The notes under the pieces were generated by a model, which made no database searches, was not told where the DNA came from, and worked only from the letters and a program-made list of their open reading frames with translations. The translations under genes were made by a program, and so were the position numbers. DNA of 47,012 nucleotides from Gallionella sp. Its GTDB lineage: Bacteria; Pseudomonadota; Gammaproteobacteria; Burkholderiales; Gallionellaceae. Shown piece by piece: positions 15,810-26,435 of this stretch. The DNA lies in the NCBI GenBank assembly GCA_041739955.1, contig JBGSMU010000062.1, positions 1 through 47,012 on the forward strand, given 5' to 3'. Position 1 is the stretch's first letter; the number at the start of each line of letters is the position of its first letter.

Positions 15810-16607
15810 TCAGGGCAATTTACCTGCCACCACCATGCGGTTAAGCAGGATGTTAGGTGAAAGCCAGACAACAAGGTCATCAAAGCCGCTTTCTGAAAGA
15901 TCGTGGCTCACGAACTTGTCGTCGTTATCGCTATTTTCAGCTTCATCTGCGTTCGACGAGGTGGCTAGTACGCTACCGCTACTTAAATAAGCTCCATATC
16001 CGTTTTTCCCATGTGAGACAACAACCAAGGGGACATCGGTGGCTACGTTGTTTCCTCCCACTGCGGCAGTAAGTACATCGGGAATGCCGGGGGAGCACAA
16101 TGCAAAACTGGAATAGATAGGATTAGTGGTTGGGGTGCATCCATAATTGGCGGCAGCAATCTGGTCTGCAAAGCGAATTGCGACCCTGTAGGTAAAGCGA
16201 TGATCCCATGCGTCGCCTTCATTGATTCCCAGTGTTGCCCAAGGTAACACGCCGGCAACAGTTGTGTCGGTACAGGCAACCTTGGATGCACTCATGTCGG
16301 CTATGGTCTTGCCACTTCCCGAACTTGTTTTGCATGCGCAGGTAGTTCCGGTAACCGCCTCGATACCGGCATTACTGTCCGTGCCGGTTACCAGATCGGA
16401 TTGTGCAGGGCATGGAAGACGTCCGTTTACTATCGCGTATCCAATCAGCGATTGCTGGATCTCGTCCATCTGTTTTCGGGTCTCATTGATGTGCTGGGAT
16501 TCCATTTGGGCAGACAATGTTGGCACCAATGCACCAAGCAATATCCCGATGATCATCAGGACAATCGCCATCTCCAGCAGAGTGAAACCGAATTGTGTGT
16601 TTTTCAT
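15810..16607 (-). CDS. Prepilin-type N-terminal cleavage/methylation protein (minor pilin/pseudopilin)
   Basis: MKNTQFG|FTLLEMAIVLMIIG class III signal peptide. Confidence 0.9.
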   Translation of the reverse strand: MKNTQFGFTLLEMAIVLMIIGILLGALVPTLSAQMESQHINETRKQMDEIQQSLIGYAIVNGRLPCPAQSDLVTGTDSNAGIEAVTGTTCACKTSSGSGKTIADMSASKVACTDTTVAGVLPWATLGINEGDAWDHRFTYRVAIRFADQIAAANYGCTPTTNPIYSSFALCSPGIPDVLTAAVGGNNVATDVPLVVVSHGKNGYGAYLSSGSVLATSSNADEAENSDNDDKFVSHDLSESGFDDLVVWLSPNILLNRMVVAGKLP

Positions 16608-18037
16608 TAACATGCCGTCACAGTGAAATCAGGTTTGATGCAGTAAAGTACATCGTTGAAACTACCACTTTCCGCTCCGCTTTGGTAGTTGCTGTTGCCA
16701 CCAAGATTTTGATTATTCACATTATCATAGCGGTTCACATTTGCAAAGTTGAGTCCCTCCAAGTAGTTTCTGAGGTCAAGATGGTCACTGGTTGAAGCGC
16801 GGGACTGACCGGCCAGAGGGCGTCCCGCAAACATCACGACTGCTGCATATTGGCCGCTGCTGTTTACCCTTAAACAGGTTGAGCAAAAGCTGAGAGATGC
16901 GCTTCCAGGTTTGAAATGATCCGCCAAGGCGTAATACAAATGATCCTTCCAGTTCGACCACCAAGGGTAATAGCTAGACCAGTCTGTGACATTGGGACAG
17001 TTGTTGCCATTGCTTGCCAATTGATACCATGGCGTGTCAATCAAGTTGTCGCCGACTGGACTGGTTGGGTATAAAGTCTTATAGGAGCTATTGACTCTGA
17101 AAGGAAGGCGGCCAGCCATTCTGCCATTCTCATCGTCATATTTGGCATCCGTTATGTAATTAGTCGAGGGGGACAATAGTCTTCCGGCCCAAGGAAGTCG
17201 ACGAATACTCGAAATGCCTCTCGAACCAAAATTGGCGATACATTCCGCAGCTTTCTTTGTCATCAGGCGCAGCGGGTTCCGTGCCGGATCAATATTGTAG
17301 ATAGCATCAAAGATGTCGTCTTTAGTGATATAGATCATCTGGTCATTGACCTGTGCAGATGATGCCATCCGGAATTGTGTGATAGCGTTGGCACTTGCAG
17401 AAACAGTTCCGTTATTGAGAACGCCGTCCGAGTCGAGGTAGTTGGTGGCGGTATAGTTTCCTCCACAGACCGGCGCTTTGTTGTCCGGTGTACGGTTCTG
17501 ACTGCCAAGTACCGCCCCGGGAGAGAATATGACTGCCACTACATTTTGTGCGATGGTCGTCCCGCTGGCATCGAGTATTTCGAACAGGCCCGGATTATCC
17601 GAATTCATCAGATTGTTGGTCATGGGGTTGTTTTTGTATGTCCCGGCAACCGCATACCACAGGCATTCCCCGTTTCCGTCGCGCAATGCGGGTAACTGCA
17701 GTGTCTTCCATGGTAGCCTGCCGATACTGCTGACATTCTGGTTGCCGCAGGTTTCTGAAGATCCCTCGCCATTAGCACCGACAGTACCATTGGGATCCGG
17801 GCAAGGCAGGTAGCCGTGAACTTGTAAAGAATGAGTATCGCCATAAGTGATGGCGAAACCAATAAGCGCGGACTTTGCCAGAGCCAGGGAAACCGCCGTT
17901 GATTCATGCTGTTTGGTCAGGAGTGCCGTGGAGCTAAGTGAGCCTACCAAAAAAGTAGAAACGCCAAGCACCATGATCACCAGCATCACCATCAATGCGG
18001 CACCGCGTTGCTTTATATGGCCGAACTTTCTTTCCAT
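16607..18037 (-). CDS. PilX/GspK-like pilin-associated protein
   Basis: KQRG|AALMVMLVIMVL N-terminus; shares LPCP and LPWxTL motifs with the adjacent pilin. Confidence 0.75.
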   Translation of the reverse strand: MERKFGHIKQRGAALMVMLVIMVLGVSTFLVGSLSSTALLTKQHESTAVSLALAKSALIGFAITYGDTHSLQVHGYLPCPDPNGTVGANGEGSSETCGNQNVSSIGRLPWKTLQLPALRDGNGECLWYAVAGTYKNNPMTNNLMNSDNPGLFEILDASGTTIAQNVVAVIFSPGAVLGSQNRTPDNKAPVCGGNYTATNYLDSDGVLNNGTVSASANAITQFRMASSAQVNDQMIYITKDDIFDAIYNIDPARNPLRLMTKKAAECIANFGSRGISSIRRLPWAGRLLSPSTNYITDAKYDDENGRMAGRLPFRVNSSYKTLYPTSPVGDNLIDTPWYQLASNGNNCPNVTDWSSYYPWWSNWKDHLYYALADHFKPGSASLSFCSTCLRVNSSGQYAAVVMFAGRPLAGQSRASTSDHLDLRNYLEGLNFANVNRYDNVNNQNLGGNSNYQSGAESGSFNDVLYCIKPDFTVTAC

Positions 18038-18049
18038 CGGGTGTATCTG

Positions 18050-18400
18050 CTAATCCGGGTCAGCAGGGGTGGACAGCACTTTCTGCCCGACTTTCATTTT
18101 GACGGATTTGGATTTCCCCGGAACAGTAACGCGCTCGCTTGCCGGGGAGAGTTCGTCGCTAGGACCAACATCTTCCGCGACACCGTTGATCCAAACAGTT
18201 CGCTTGCCACCGTGTTTTTGCACGATGCCATTTAAGACCACCCCGTTATGAATGGTTTCGGGATGTTGTCCTTGCAGGTAATCGTAATCAAGATGTGCAC
18301 GTTGTTCGGGTGGGAAAAAAAGGCGGCCCAACTCTTCAGCCTGCAAGGGCAGCGAAATCAATGCGATTGTTAGAAGGAGGAGTCTGTGAGTTGAACTCAT
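18050..18400 (-). CDS. Exported pilus/T2SS accessory protein
   Basis: Signal peptide, LGRLFF and LNGIV...VWING motifs, operon position. Confidence 0.7.
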   Translation of the reverse strand: MSSTHRLLLLTIALISLPLQAEELGRLFFPPEQRAHLDYDYLQGQHPETIHNGVVLNGIVQKHGGKRTVWINGVAEDVGPSDELSPASERVTVPGKSKSVKMKVGQKVLSTPADPD

Positions 18401-19032
18401 GGCTGTGAATTCCTGTTCTTAAGGGTGATCCATCCACCTTTGCATTCCCCTTTGAGGTTCACTCTTGATTCAAGGGTATGGTTTACGTCTTCTTCACTGT
18501 TATCAACATTTGTGTCTGCACGGTGCATTGCGCAATTTTCGAGTTGAAAATGCCCTTTGACCTGCTTCTGTAATTCATTTAAAAACCTCAAAAGTTGTCC
18601 TTCATGCAGAAGATCAAACTGCAATCGCATTTCACTATAGTGGATCTCATAACTTCCACTGTCTATCGCGGGTTGGGGAATATAGGAGATTTGCGGGGAA
18701 ATGCTGTAGTTGAAATCAATCACAATATTTTGTTGGCGAAGCTTGTCCAGGCCTTCCATCCAGTCCAGTCTGTGATCGTCGCCGATAATTTTGTCTTCTT
18801 CAAGGATAGTGTAGTCGGAGAAATATGCCGCAAGGGTTTCTTTGTCCTGAAGAGCTGTACTCAAGCTATTACGAGCATCATTTATTTGTTTCTGAGCCAA
18901 GCGGGATTCATTTTGCGCATGCTCTGCAAACTGATCGCTGAGATAGAAAATGAAGATACTCAATACCACGGAAATCGCAAGAACTGTAACGTTCCAGCGG
19001 ATGAGTCGGAAGTCGGTATTGGAGAACTTCAT
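18397..19032 (-). CDS. PilO/GspM-like alignment protein
   Basis: One N-terminal TM plus coiled coil, then M.LQFDLLHEG; ATGA overlaps. Confidence 0.65.
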   Translation of the reverse strand: MKFSNTDFRLIRWNVTVLAISVVLSIFIFYLSDQFAEHAQNESRLAQKQINDARNSLSTALQDKETLAAYFSDYTILEEDKIIGDDHRLDWMEGLDKLRQQNIVIDFNYSISPQISYIPQPAIDSGSYEIHYSEMRLQFDLLHEGQLLRFLNELQKQVKGHFQLENCAMHRADTNVDNSEEDVNHTLESRVNLKGECKGGWITLKNRNSQP

Positions 19033-20522
19033 ATTGATGGCCTCCAAACCAGTTTCAAAGAAAAGCCGAATATATTTTCCTGATCGCCTCGCTGATCGGC
19101 AAGACTGCCGCTTGGACTGACATCAAGTGGTTTTGCCAGAATTTCTACCTGGTAAGTATGCTTGCTCAGTTCCAATTGGAGACGGTCAAGATACTTGAGC
19201 GCGGAACGATAGTTTCCCGCGAATCCTGTCAGGTTGCCCTTGAGTGTAATGACGTGTGCTGGAACGTCAGATTGCGTATTGCTGGCAACTGGTTCTGTAA
19301 CGCTCGTTTGCAGGTTGATTTCGTCCAGCCGTGCCTGCGGAAAATGGTCGAGCACAAGACTGACAGGTGATAAAAGGTCTTGGGGTGACAAACGGTAAAG
19401 TTCTAGTTTGCGTATGATATTTACGCCGGCTTTCATGTCTGTTGGAGCAACCGTCGAAGCAGGCAGTGTTTGCCGGATCATATCGGCTTCTTTAAGGGTG
19501 CGTTGCGCTTGCAGCTTGAGGGATTCAATCCCTGCTTCATTTCCACTGCCTTGCCAAACCGGCACTATCGACAATAGCAGGGAGGCAATAAACAGTAAGA
19601 TCGCGCTCCACTTCAGGGCGATGTTAAACGTTCGGAGCGAATAGTAGTGTGTATGCTCCGCATTGGCGTAGTGAGTCTTGGGGCGACTTGCCGCCAATTG
19701 ATGCAGGAATATCTGGCTTGCGTCGGAATCGGTGAATCGATAATCGATTTTCAGTTGCCTGCCGACTTCTTCGATGTCGGCAAAGTCGTAATGCATATCC
19801 TCGTTGCCAAATAGCTGATTTTTCAGCTCGTCACGGTCATCGGCATGGCACAGAATGCGCACATCAAGTGTCTGCCCGGCGGGAAGCAAGCTAAGACTTT
19901 TCAGATATTGATAAGTGCGCGCGAGCTCCTTTAATACGGCCTCGTTAAAAGTCTGGTCTTCGTGAACCGGCGTCAGTCTGGAAATTTGCAGACGATGGTC
20001 ACTGAAGTAGGTCTGGCGCAATCCCGAGAATTTTTCCCAGGAGATAAGTAACAAATGTTTGGACGGATGATTCTTGACCAGAGGTGCGCTGATCTGTGGA
20101 ACAGAATAAATCCCCGCAAGAGGGATTTCCTGAACGAGCAGGATATTCAGCCACGGCATGATAAGTGTAGGATTTGTAAGTGCCGAAAACAGCATGTCGT
20201 CATCGCGACGACCTGATTTTTGACGCTGCAGCAAGGTTGCCTGGTGAAACGGAGTTCCCCTGTAGAACTGGTCAAATTTGCGTTTTAACAATGCCTTGTG
20301 ACTATTGCCAATCAGATGCGGGACGATCTCATGCCTGAAATCTTCCTCGATCAGGTCTGTCAGCAGGTAAGTCGGGTATTTGTTTGTCTTGAGGAAGTCT
20401 GTAAAGTTGTCGCGTTCACGTTGGTTATCGGTAAAGTCGCGTTGCGATACTATCTTGCCGCCAGACATGATCTGTGCATGCAGGCGGTTTGCGCTCAAAA
20501 AAAGTAGTAGTGATCGTTTCAT
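19029..20522 (-). CDS. PilM/PilN (GspL)-like fused alignment protein
   Basis: Large cytoplasmic domain, single TM near residue 305, periplasmic domain; operon position. Confidence 0.65.
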   Translation of the reverse strand: MKRSLLLFLSANRLHAQIMSGGKIVSQRDFTDNQRERDNFTDFLKTNKYPTYLLTDLIEEDFRHEIVPHLIGNSHKALLKRKFDQFYRGTPFHQATLLQRQKSGRRDDDMLFSALTNPTLIMPWLNILLVQEIPLAGIYSVPQISAPLVKNHPSKHLLLISWEKFSGLRQTYFSDHRLQISRLTPVHEDQTFNEAVLKELARTYQYLKSLSLLPAGQTLDVRILCHADDRDELKNQLFGNEDMHYDFADIEEVGRQLKIDYRFTDSDASQIFLHQLAASRPKTHYANAEHTHYYSLRTFNIALKWSAILLFIASLLLSIVPVWQGSGNEAGIESLKLQAQRTLKEADMIRQTLPASTVAPTDMKAGVNIIRKLELYRLSPQDLLSPVSLVLDHFPQARLDEINLQTSVTEPVASNTQSDVPAHVITLKGNLTGFAGNYRSALKYLDRLQLELSKHTYQVEILAKPLDVSPSGSLADQRGDQENIFGFSLKLVWRPSI

Positions 20523-21724
20523 CAGAATTGAACTTTACCTATGATGTCATAGATTGGCGAGAGAACAGATAACATGACCCAGCCCAGCAAGGCACCCAGA
20601 ACGATTGTCATGGTCGGTTCTATCATCACCTGAACTTTTTTTATGGAGTCTTTCACGTCACGATCATAAAAATAACTGACATTCAATAACGCTTTATCCA
20701 GAGAACCGGTGGCTTCACCGACTTTGAGCATCCGAATCACCAGGGGCGGGAACATCCCGGTGTTCTGGAAACTTTGGGTCAGATTCTTGCCGGATTCAAT
20801 CTGATGCGTAACATCATCCAGACTTTTGGCTACGGCCAGATTATTGACGACATCGCGGGAGTTAGCGATACATTCGAGAATCGTGATTCCGGAACCGTAC
20901 ATCATGGCAAACGTGTTGGCAAACCGGGCGAGAATTATCTTACGCAGAATGGGGCCTGTTACCCATAGATCCAGCTTGAGCTGGTCAAATCGCAAACGCA
21001 TTTCCGGGCTGGATGTGATGACCAGTTTGATTATGATGGGGAGGATGACCGGCAATGTGATCAATACATACCAGTAATCGACGAAGAATGAGGATGTGGC
21101 AAGCAATGCGCGTGTCTGGATGGGGATTTCCTGCCCCATGCCTTTTATGAAGCTAACCAGTTGCGGGACAAGATAGATCATCAAAAAGAACGTAATGGCG
21201 ATCACGATGGTGCCGACGAAGGCGGGATAAAGCATGATGGTCTTGGTGTGAGAAGACATTTCATCCTGCCACTTCAGCGATTCGGTGATGTGCAGAAAAA
21301 CTTCGGGTAGCCGCCCGCTTTCTTCGCCGGCATGAGTCAGGCTTACAAATATCTTGTCGAAGGCATCCGAGTGTTGGGCCATTGCTTGCGAAAGTTTCTT
21401 GCCGCCCTCGATGGATTCGACAAGGCTGGCGATAACCTCTCGAAAACGCTGGTCGTTCATGGTGTCGCGCAAGTCGCCTAGGCTTTCCAGCAAGGGCACG
21501 CCAGCACGGGTAAGCTGTTCGAGGTTGAAGAAAAAGGTGATCAATTCGGTTCGCTTGATATTGCTGCGTCCCAAACCGCCTCTGCCGCTGTCAACCTTGG
21601 CATCAATCAGGTCCAGGCCACCACGTTTCAAGCGCAACTCCAGATCTACTTGATTGGTGGCATCCTGCATACCCTTGTGGGTCTTGCCGTGGTCGTCCAT
21701 TGCACGATAGGAATACAGCGCCAT
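20522..21724 (-). CDS. Type II secretion F family platform protein (PilC/MshG-like)
   Basis: AGEESGRL, YPAFV, FPPLVIRMLKVGEATGSLD, IEP motifs. Confidence 0.95.
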   Translation of the reverse strand: MALYSYRAMDDHGKTHKGMQDATNQVDLELRLKRGGLDLIDAKVDSGRGGLGRSNIKRTELITFFFNLEQLTRAGVPLLESLGDLRDTMNDQRFREVIASLVESIEGGKKLSQAMAQHSDAFDKIFVSLTHAGEESGRLPEVFLHITESLKWQDEMSSHTKTIMLYPAFVGTIVIAITFFLMIYLVPQLVSFIKGMGQEIPIQTRALLATSSFFVDYWYVLITLPVILPIIIKLVITSSPEMRLRFDQLKLDLWVTGPILRKIILARFANTFAMMYGSGITILECIANSRDVVNNLAVAKSLDDVTHQIESGKNLTQSFQNTGMFPPLVIRMLKVGEATGSLDKALLNVSYFYDRDVKDSIKKVQVMIEPTMTIVLGALLGWVMLSVLSPIYDIIGKVQF

Positions 21725-21725
21725 A

Positions 21726-23459
21726 TCAACCAAGCCTGTCTGTTAAATCTACCATTCGGCTTACCTCGGCAAGAGAGGTGATGCCCTGCAGGATGCGTCG
21801 GATCCCATCTACCGCCAATGGCCGGAATCCCTTGGCAAGAGCCGCCTCCCGAATCTGCCGAGCGCTGGCGCGATGTGAAACCAGATCATCCAGATCGTAA
21901 TCCATCTTGAGTAATTCCACGATGGTCATACGCCCTTTGTAGCCCTGGTGATTGCAAGTTTCGCAACCGGCAGCCCGGTACAATGTGACATCCTGTTTTG
22001 CAGCGAGGCCCAACAGTTTGCGCTCATGCTCGTCAGGTGAATATGGATATTTGCAATCATTGCACAGTACGCGTACCAGTCGTTGCGCCACGATACCGAT
22101 GATGTTGCCGGCCATGATGTCAGGCAGTATGCCAATGTCGAGCAGACGGGGGATTGCGCCTATGGCCGAGTTTGTATGAAGCGTCGAATATACCTGATGC
22201 CCGGTCATGGCAGCACGGAATGCCATTTCAGCGGTCGGGTGGTCGCGAATTTCACCCACCAGTATGATGTCGGGATCCTGGCGCATCATAGAACGTATGC
22301 CGTTGGCAAAATCCATCTTTGCCGATTCGTTAACCGAAGTTTGGCGTACCAATGCAAGCGGATATTCGACCGGGTCTTCCAGTGTCATGATATTGACCGA
22401 CTCTGTATTGACGTGGTTCAACACCGAATAAAGCGTGGTGGTTTTACCGCTACCGGTCGGCCCGGTTACCAGCACGATCCCTTCCGGTTTGGCGATGATC
22501 ATTTTGAGCATGTTTAGCGCAGCCTCGTCCAAGCCAAGCTGGTCGAGTTGCACGATGCCTTTCTGGCGATCCAGAATACGCAGTACCATATTCTCGCCAT
22601 GCGTAGTGGGGTGAGACGCCACACGGAAATCGATGGGACGCCCGGATAAGCGCAATGAGATGCGACCATCCTGGGGTGCGCGTGTCTCGGCGATATTCAT
22701 GCCGCTCATTACCTTCATGCGCACTACCATTGCGGGCCAGAAACTTTTATGCAGGCTTCGCACTTGGCGCAGTACCCCGTCAATACGGTAGCGGATGCGC
22801 AAAAAACTGCTCTCGGGTTCGAAGTGGATATCTGAAGCGCCGCGCTGCACAGCCTCGGTAAGCAGGGCATCTATCAGGCGTACCACAGGCTGGCTGAATT
22901 CATTCACACCGGACTGGAGAGTCTGGTATTCCATCTCGCCCGGCTCGATTTCGTGAAGAATCCCGTCGATGGAAAGTTCGAATCCGTAATACTGGTCTAT
23001 AGCGCGCAGGATGTCGGATTCGCTGGCCAACTGAGTGGTCAGGCGGTACTCATCTTTGAGCAGGGCGCGAACCTGATCGAGCGCGATGATGTTGTCGGGA
23101 TCGGCGATTGCCAGTGTCAGGGTGTTGCTTGCTTTATCAACCGACAAGGGGAGCAATTGATAACGACGTGCTACGTCCTTGGGTATCAGCACCAGAGCGG
23201 TTGAATCGATGATCACTGAAGCAAGATCGACACTTTCCTGCCCGAGGTTTTCGGAGAGAACGTCCCGAATGGTGGCTTCGGAAAGAAAACCCAGGCGAAC
23301 CAGCAACCGTCCCAATGGCTCGTGAGTCTTCCCTTGTTCCTGCAAGGCGATACGCAACTGATCATCACTGATCACGCCTTTGCTGACCAGTATCTGACCC
23401 AGTTGACGGTGAGGCTGTAGGCCGGTAAACAAATTGTCCGGCAATGGAACTTTTGGCAT
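21726..23459 (-). CDS. GspE/PilB/MshE family assembly ATPase with MshEN N-terminal domain
   Basis: GPTGSGKTT, TLEDPVE, RQDPDIILVGEIRD, TGHQVYSTLH, tetra-Cys motif; tandem LGxxL..G motifs at the N-terminus. Confidence 0.95.
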   Translation of the reverse strand: MPKVPLPDNLFTGLQPHRQLGQILVSKGVISDDQLRIALQEQGKTHEPLGRLLVRLGFLSEATIRDVLSENLGQESVDLASVIIDSTALVLIPKDVARRYQLLPLSVDKASNTLTLAIADPDNIIALDQVRALLKDEYRLTTQLASESDILRAIDQYYGFELSIDGILHEIEPGEMEYQTLQSGVNEFSQPVVRLIDALLTEAVQRGASDIHFEPESSFLRIRYRIDGVLRQVRSLHKSFWPAMVVRMKVMSGMNIAETRAPQDGRISLRLSGRPIDFRVASHPTTHGENMVLRILDRQKGIVQLDQLGLDEAALNMLKMIIAKPEGIVLVTGPTGSGKTTTLYSVLNHVNTESVNIMTLEDPVEYPLALVRQTSVNESAKMDFANGIRSMMRQDPDIILVGEIRDHPTAEMAFRAAMTGHQVYSTLHTNSAIGAIPRLLDIGILPDIMAGNIIGIVAQRLVRVLCNDCKYPYSPDEHERKLLGLAAKQDVTLYRAAGCETCNHQGYKGRMTIVELLKMDYDLDDLVSHRASARQIREAALAKGFRPLAVDGIRRILQGITSLAEVSRMVDLTDRLG

Positions 23460-23466
23460 CTTGAGT

Positions 23467-24564
23467 TTAGTTTGTCAGTTCTTCTATGCGTAGCGAAATT
23501 TGTGCATGGTCGAATCCACCACGCTTTTGAGGATCAAGTTCCAGGGCACGTTGATAAAATTGTGCCGCAACCTTTCTTTGGCCCAGTCTGTCCAGGCTGA
23601 CACCCAGATTGAAAGCCAGTTGCACGTTGCCCGGGTCGAGTTTGTAAGCATTGAAGTAGGATTGCTGTGCATCAGCCCAGCGTGCTTGTCCCGCGTACTG
23701 ATTGCCAAGCGCAAAATGCAGTGCCGAAGAATCCTGTTGCTCACGAAGAAGGTGCTTTAATCGGCTTTCAGTGTTGCCCTCAGTTGTCAGGGCGGACATA
23801 CCGGCATTCGCTACCGGATCACGGGGGTCAAGTTCAAGCACCATGGCGTAATAGTGGGCCGCGATATTATCCGCCCCGTCTTGTTGTGCTATGGCGGCCA
23901 GTCCGAGCAAGGCATCCGTGTTGCGAGCATCAAGCTTGAGTGCCTTCTGATACAGCGGTTGTGCCTGGTCGAATCTTCCGGCGAGATAGGCTTGATAAGC
24001 ATCATTGAGCACAGCATCGATAGATACCGTCTGGTTTTGCTTGATCCGGACCGGTGTTTGCTTGCGGGGACGTATAGAAGCCTTTTTGACGGGTTGTTCT
24101 GCTGACTGCGCCAATTTTGGAGCGGGTATCGGAGCGGGCAAAGGAGCGTCAACTTTTTCCGGAGCGATGCCCGCGACCAAATCGGTTTGCGGAGGCGTCG
24201 TGACAGCCGGTGCGGGCTGGGCGATCATGTGACTTGGGGGGGTATACTTAAGCAAGGGCTGGCTGTCACCGGAAATCTCATACCATACATAACTTCCGCC
24301 GCCGGCAAGAAGCACAAAGGTCGCGCCAAGGGCGATGAGCAGGTTACGGTTGATACTTGCGCGGGTGCCCAGGGGCGAGTGGACCTTGGCATCGAAAAGG
24401 TTTTGACCAGCGCTCCTTGCGTGATCTACAGGATGATGGGTATCGCGCGATGTTCTATCCGGCAAATCCTCCAGACTTAGTCCCGACGCTGAAGAAAGAA
24501 TATCGGTATCTTGTGCGGATGAAGTTTGCTGAGACTTTTTTCGTGCATCTAATAGCAGGCTCAT
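23467..24564 (-). CDS. TPR protein (MshN-like)
   Basis: MSLLLDARKK start, TM, Pro-rich linker, C-terminal TPR repeats. Confidence 0.85.
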   Translation of the reverse strand: MSLLLDARKKSQQTSSAQDTDILSSASGLSLEDLPDRTSRDTHHPVDHARSAGQNLFDAKVHSPLGTRASINRNLLIALGATFVLLAGGGSYVWYEISGDSQPLLKYTPPSHMIAQPAPAVTTPPQTDLVAGIAPEKVDAPLPAPIPAPKLAQSAEQPVKKASIRPRKQTPVRIKQNQTVSIDAVLNDAYQAYLAGRFDQAQPLYQKALKLDARNTDALLGLAAIAQQDGADNIAAHYYAMVLELDPRDPVANAGMSALTTEGNTESRLKHLLREQQDSSALHFALGNQYAGQARWADAQQSYFNAYKLDPGNVQLAFNLGVSLDRLGQRKVAAQFYQRALELDPQKRGGFDHAQISLRIEELTN

Positions 24565-24575
24565 GCTGGAACTCC

Positions 24576-26336
24576 TTAAAGCTTACCGTTAGCTGATTCT
24601 TTGAAAAAGTTCTCATCCGGCAAACTGTTGCGGAAACTCTTGAAGTCACCATCAAGATCCGCATTCTTGATTACAACCGGGCGAAGAAATATCACCAGTT
24701 CGGTTTTCGCAGTTGTGTCATCGCGTTGCTTAAAGAACTCGCCCAGCAGGGGGATGCTCGCCAGGAAAGGCACTTGTTGTGTGGTTTTATCGATACGATC
24801 CTCCATCAGCCCACCCAGTACGGCAATTTGATTGTTTTCGATCTTCAGCATCGACTCCATCTCGCGTGTAGATGTTTCAGGAACTTTACTGGTCAAGGCG
24901 GGAATATTGCAGTTTGCTACACCAAAACCGCAAGGGTTGGCTAAAACCGGGTTCGGGTCATCAACGTACCTGATCAGGCGTGTGATAGAAGGGCGTACAT
25001 TGAGCAGCACTGAGTCGCTCTCGTTGATTTGCGGAGTAACGCTCATGGTAAAGCCAACTGGTGATGTAAGAAGTGTTGTCGTAAAGGTTGGAGAAGTGGC
25101 ACCAGTGGTCGAAGTGGCCGCGACGCCGGGTGTAACCTCAACACTGAAGTAAGCGAGATTGTCCACCACACGCAACATTGCGGTCTGGTTATTCATGACG
25201 CTTAACTTGGGACTGGATAGAACTTTTACATTCCCGAATGTTTCCAGCAAAGAAATCGAAGAGGCAACATTGCCAAATTTGGAGGTGGGGTTGGCGTAGT
25301 CGAGAACGAGTCTGCCTACGTTGGGCGTTATTGTGCTGGGGACCGAGCCTTGGCTCATCTGGAAGCCTATGCCTCCCAAACGTAACGCTGACCAGTCGAT
25401 TCCCTGTTGGTAATTATCACTTAAGCGGACTTCCACGATAGTTGCTTCAATCAGCACTTGGCGACCCGCGTTGCCCATGACCTGGTCGATAAACTCCTGG
25501 ATTTTTTCGTGTTGTTTTCCGGTCGCTCGAACAGTAATGATGCCGTTTTCCGGGTTGGCTATGACCGAGGCTGCTTCACGATAGGTGTATTGAGGCGCTT
25601 CACTTCGCTGATCAATCAGGTCGGAGGCCGAGTCTGCTATTTTCTCCATCAAACTGGAGCCGGATTTGTTTGAGGGTGCTGTTTGCACATTGCTTGCCTT
25701 GGTCGGGCTATCCTGATTTTTCAGGAATATCTTGTCTGTTTCGTGCAGGATGTCTTCGATATTCTTGACCAGAGTTTTCCAGAAATGATTTTTTGAACCA
25801 TTTTTGATGGTGATTTTAGAACTGTTGTTGGCGTCGTTGGGGCCAACTTGGGTCGTATTTAACATGGTACTTTCAGAATCACGCTCCATGTTTACATAAT
25901 CAATCTTGTAATTATGCAAAAAAGGCGAGTCAGGCATGATGGTGAGGGTGCCATTTTCCAGTTCATAGCGCATATCCACTTGTTTGGCGATTCGGGTGAG
26001 GATTTGCGGCAGGGTCTGGTTGATAGCATTGATAGTGACTGTGCCGCCAATGCCGGGATGAATATCGAGGTTGATTTTTGCATCACGCGCCAGTGCAAAC
26101 AGGATTTCCTGCGCAGGCACATTCGAAACAACTACGCTGTATGTTTCTACCTTGGAGGCTGGTTTGGGAGGTGGCAAGACAACGCCGCCCATGACGGGTT
26201 GCGGTATGTCGGTCTTGGATACTGATTCTTCTGCTGAACGCTGAATGTGCTTGTCGGATACTTTAATCGGATCTGTACCGCAGCCAATCAGTATCGTGCC
26301 GATTGCGCAGAGTAATACTACGTTGCCAAGGCGCAT
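24576..26336 (-). CDS. mshL: Secretin, MshL-type lipoprotein
   Basis: Lipobox LIGC, STN domain, QVLIEATIVEV, PFLASIPLLGEFF, KTELVIFLRP. Confidence 0.85.
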   Translation of the reverse strand: MRLGNVVLLCAIGTILIGCGTDPIKVSDKHIQRSAEESVSKTDIPQPVMGGVVLPPPKPASKVETYSVVVSNVPAQEILFALARDAKINLDIHPGIGGTVTINAINQTLPQILTRIAKQVDMRYELENGTLTIMPDSPFLHNYKIDYVNMERDSESTMLNTTQVGPNDANNSSKITIKNGSKNHFWKTLVKNIEDILHETDKIFLKNQDSPTKASNVQTAPSNKSGSSLMEKIADSASDLIDQRSEAPQYTYREAASVIANPENGIITVRATGKQHEKIQEFIDQVMGNAGRQVLIEATIVEVRLSDNYQQGIDWSALRLGGIGFQMSQGSVPSTITPNVGRLVLDYANPTSKFGNVASSISLLETFGNVKVLSSPKLSVMNNQTAMLRVVDNLAYFSVEVTPGVAATSTTGATSPTFTTTLLTSPVGFTMSVTPQINESDSVLLNVRPSITRLIRYVDDPNPVLANPCGFGVANCNIPALTSKVPETSTREMESMLKIENNQIAVLGGLMEDRIDKTTQQVPFLASIPLLGEFFKQRDDTTAKTELVIFLRPVVIKNADLDGDFKSFRNSLPDENFFKESANGKL

Positions 26337-26435
26337 ATGTCCCCTCCCCTATATTTGGCGCTTAGACTAGCAGCTTTGCTGATATTGCTCAATAGAGTCA
26401 TCAATTAAAAGTGAGCATGTTGCTGCTACCCTGCT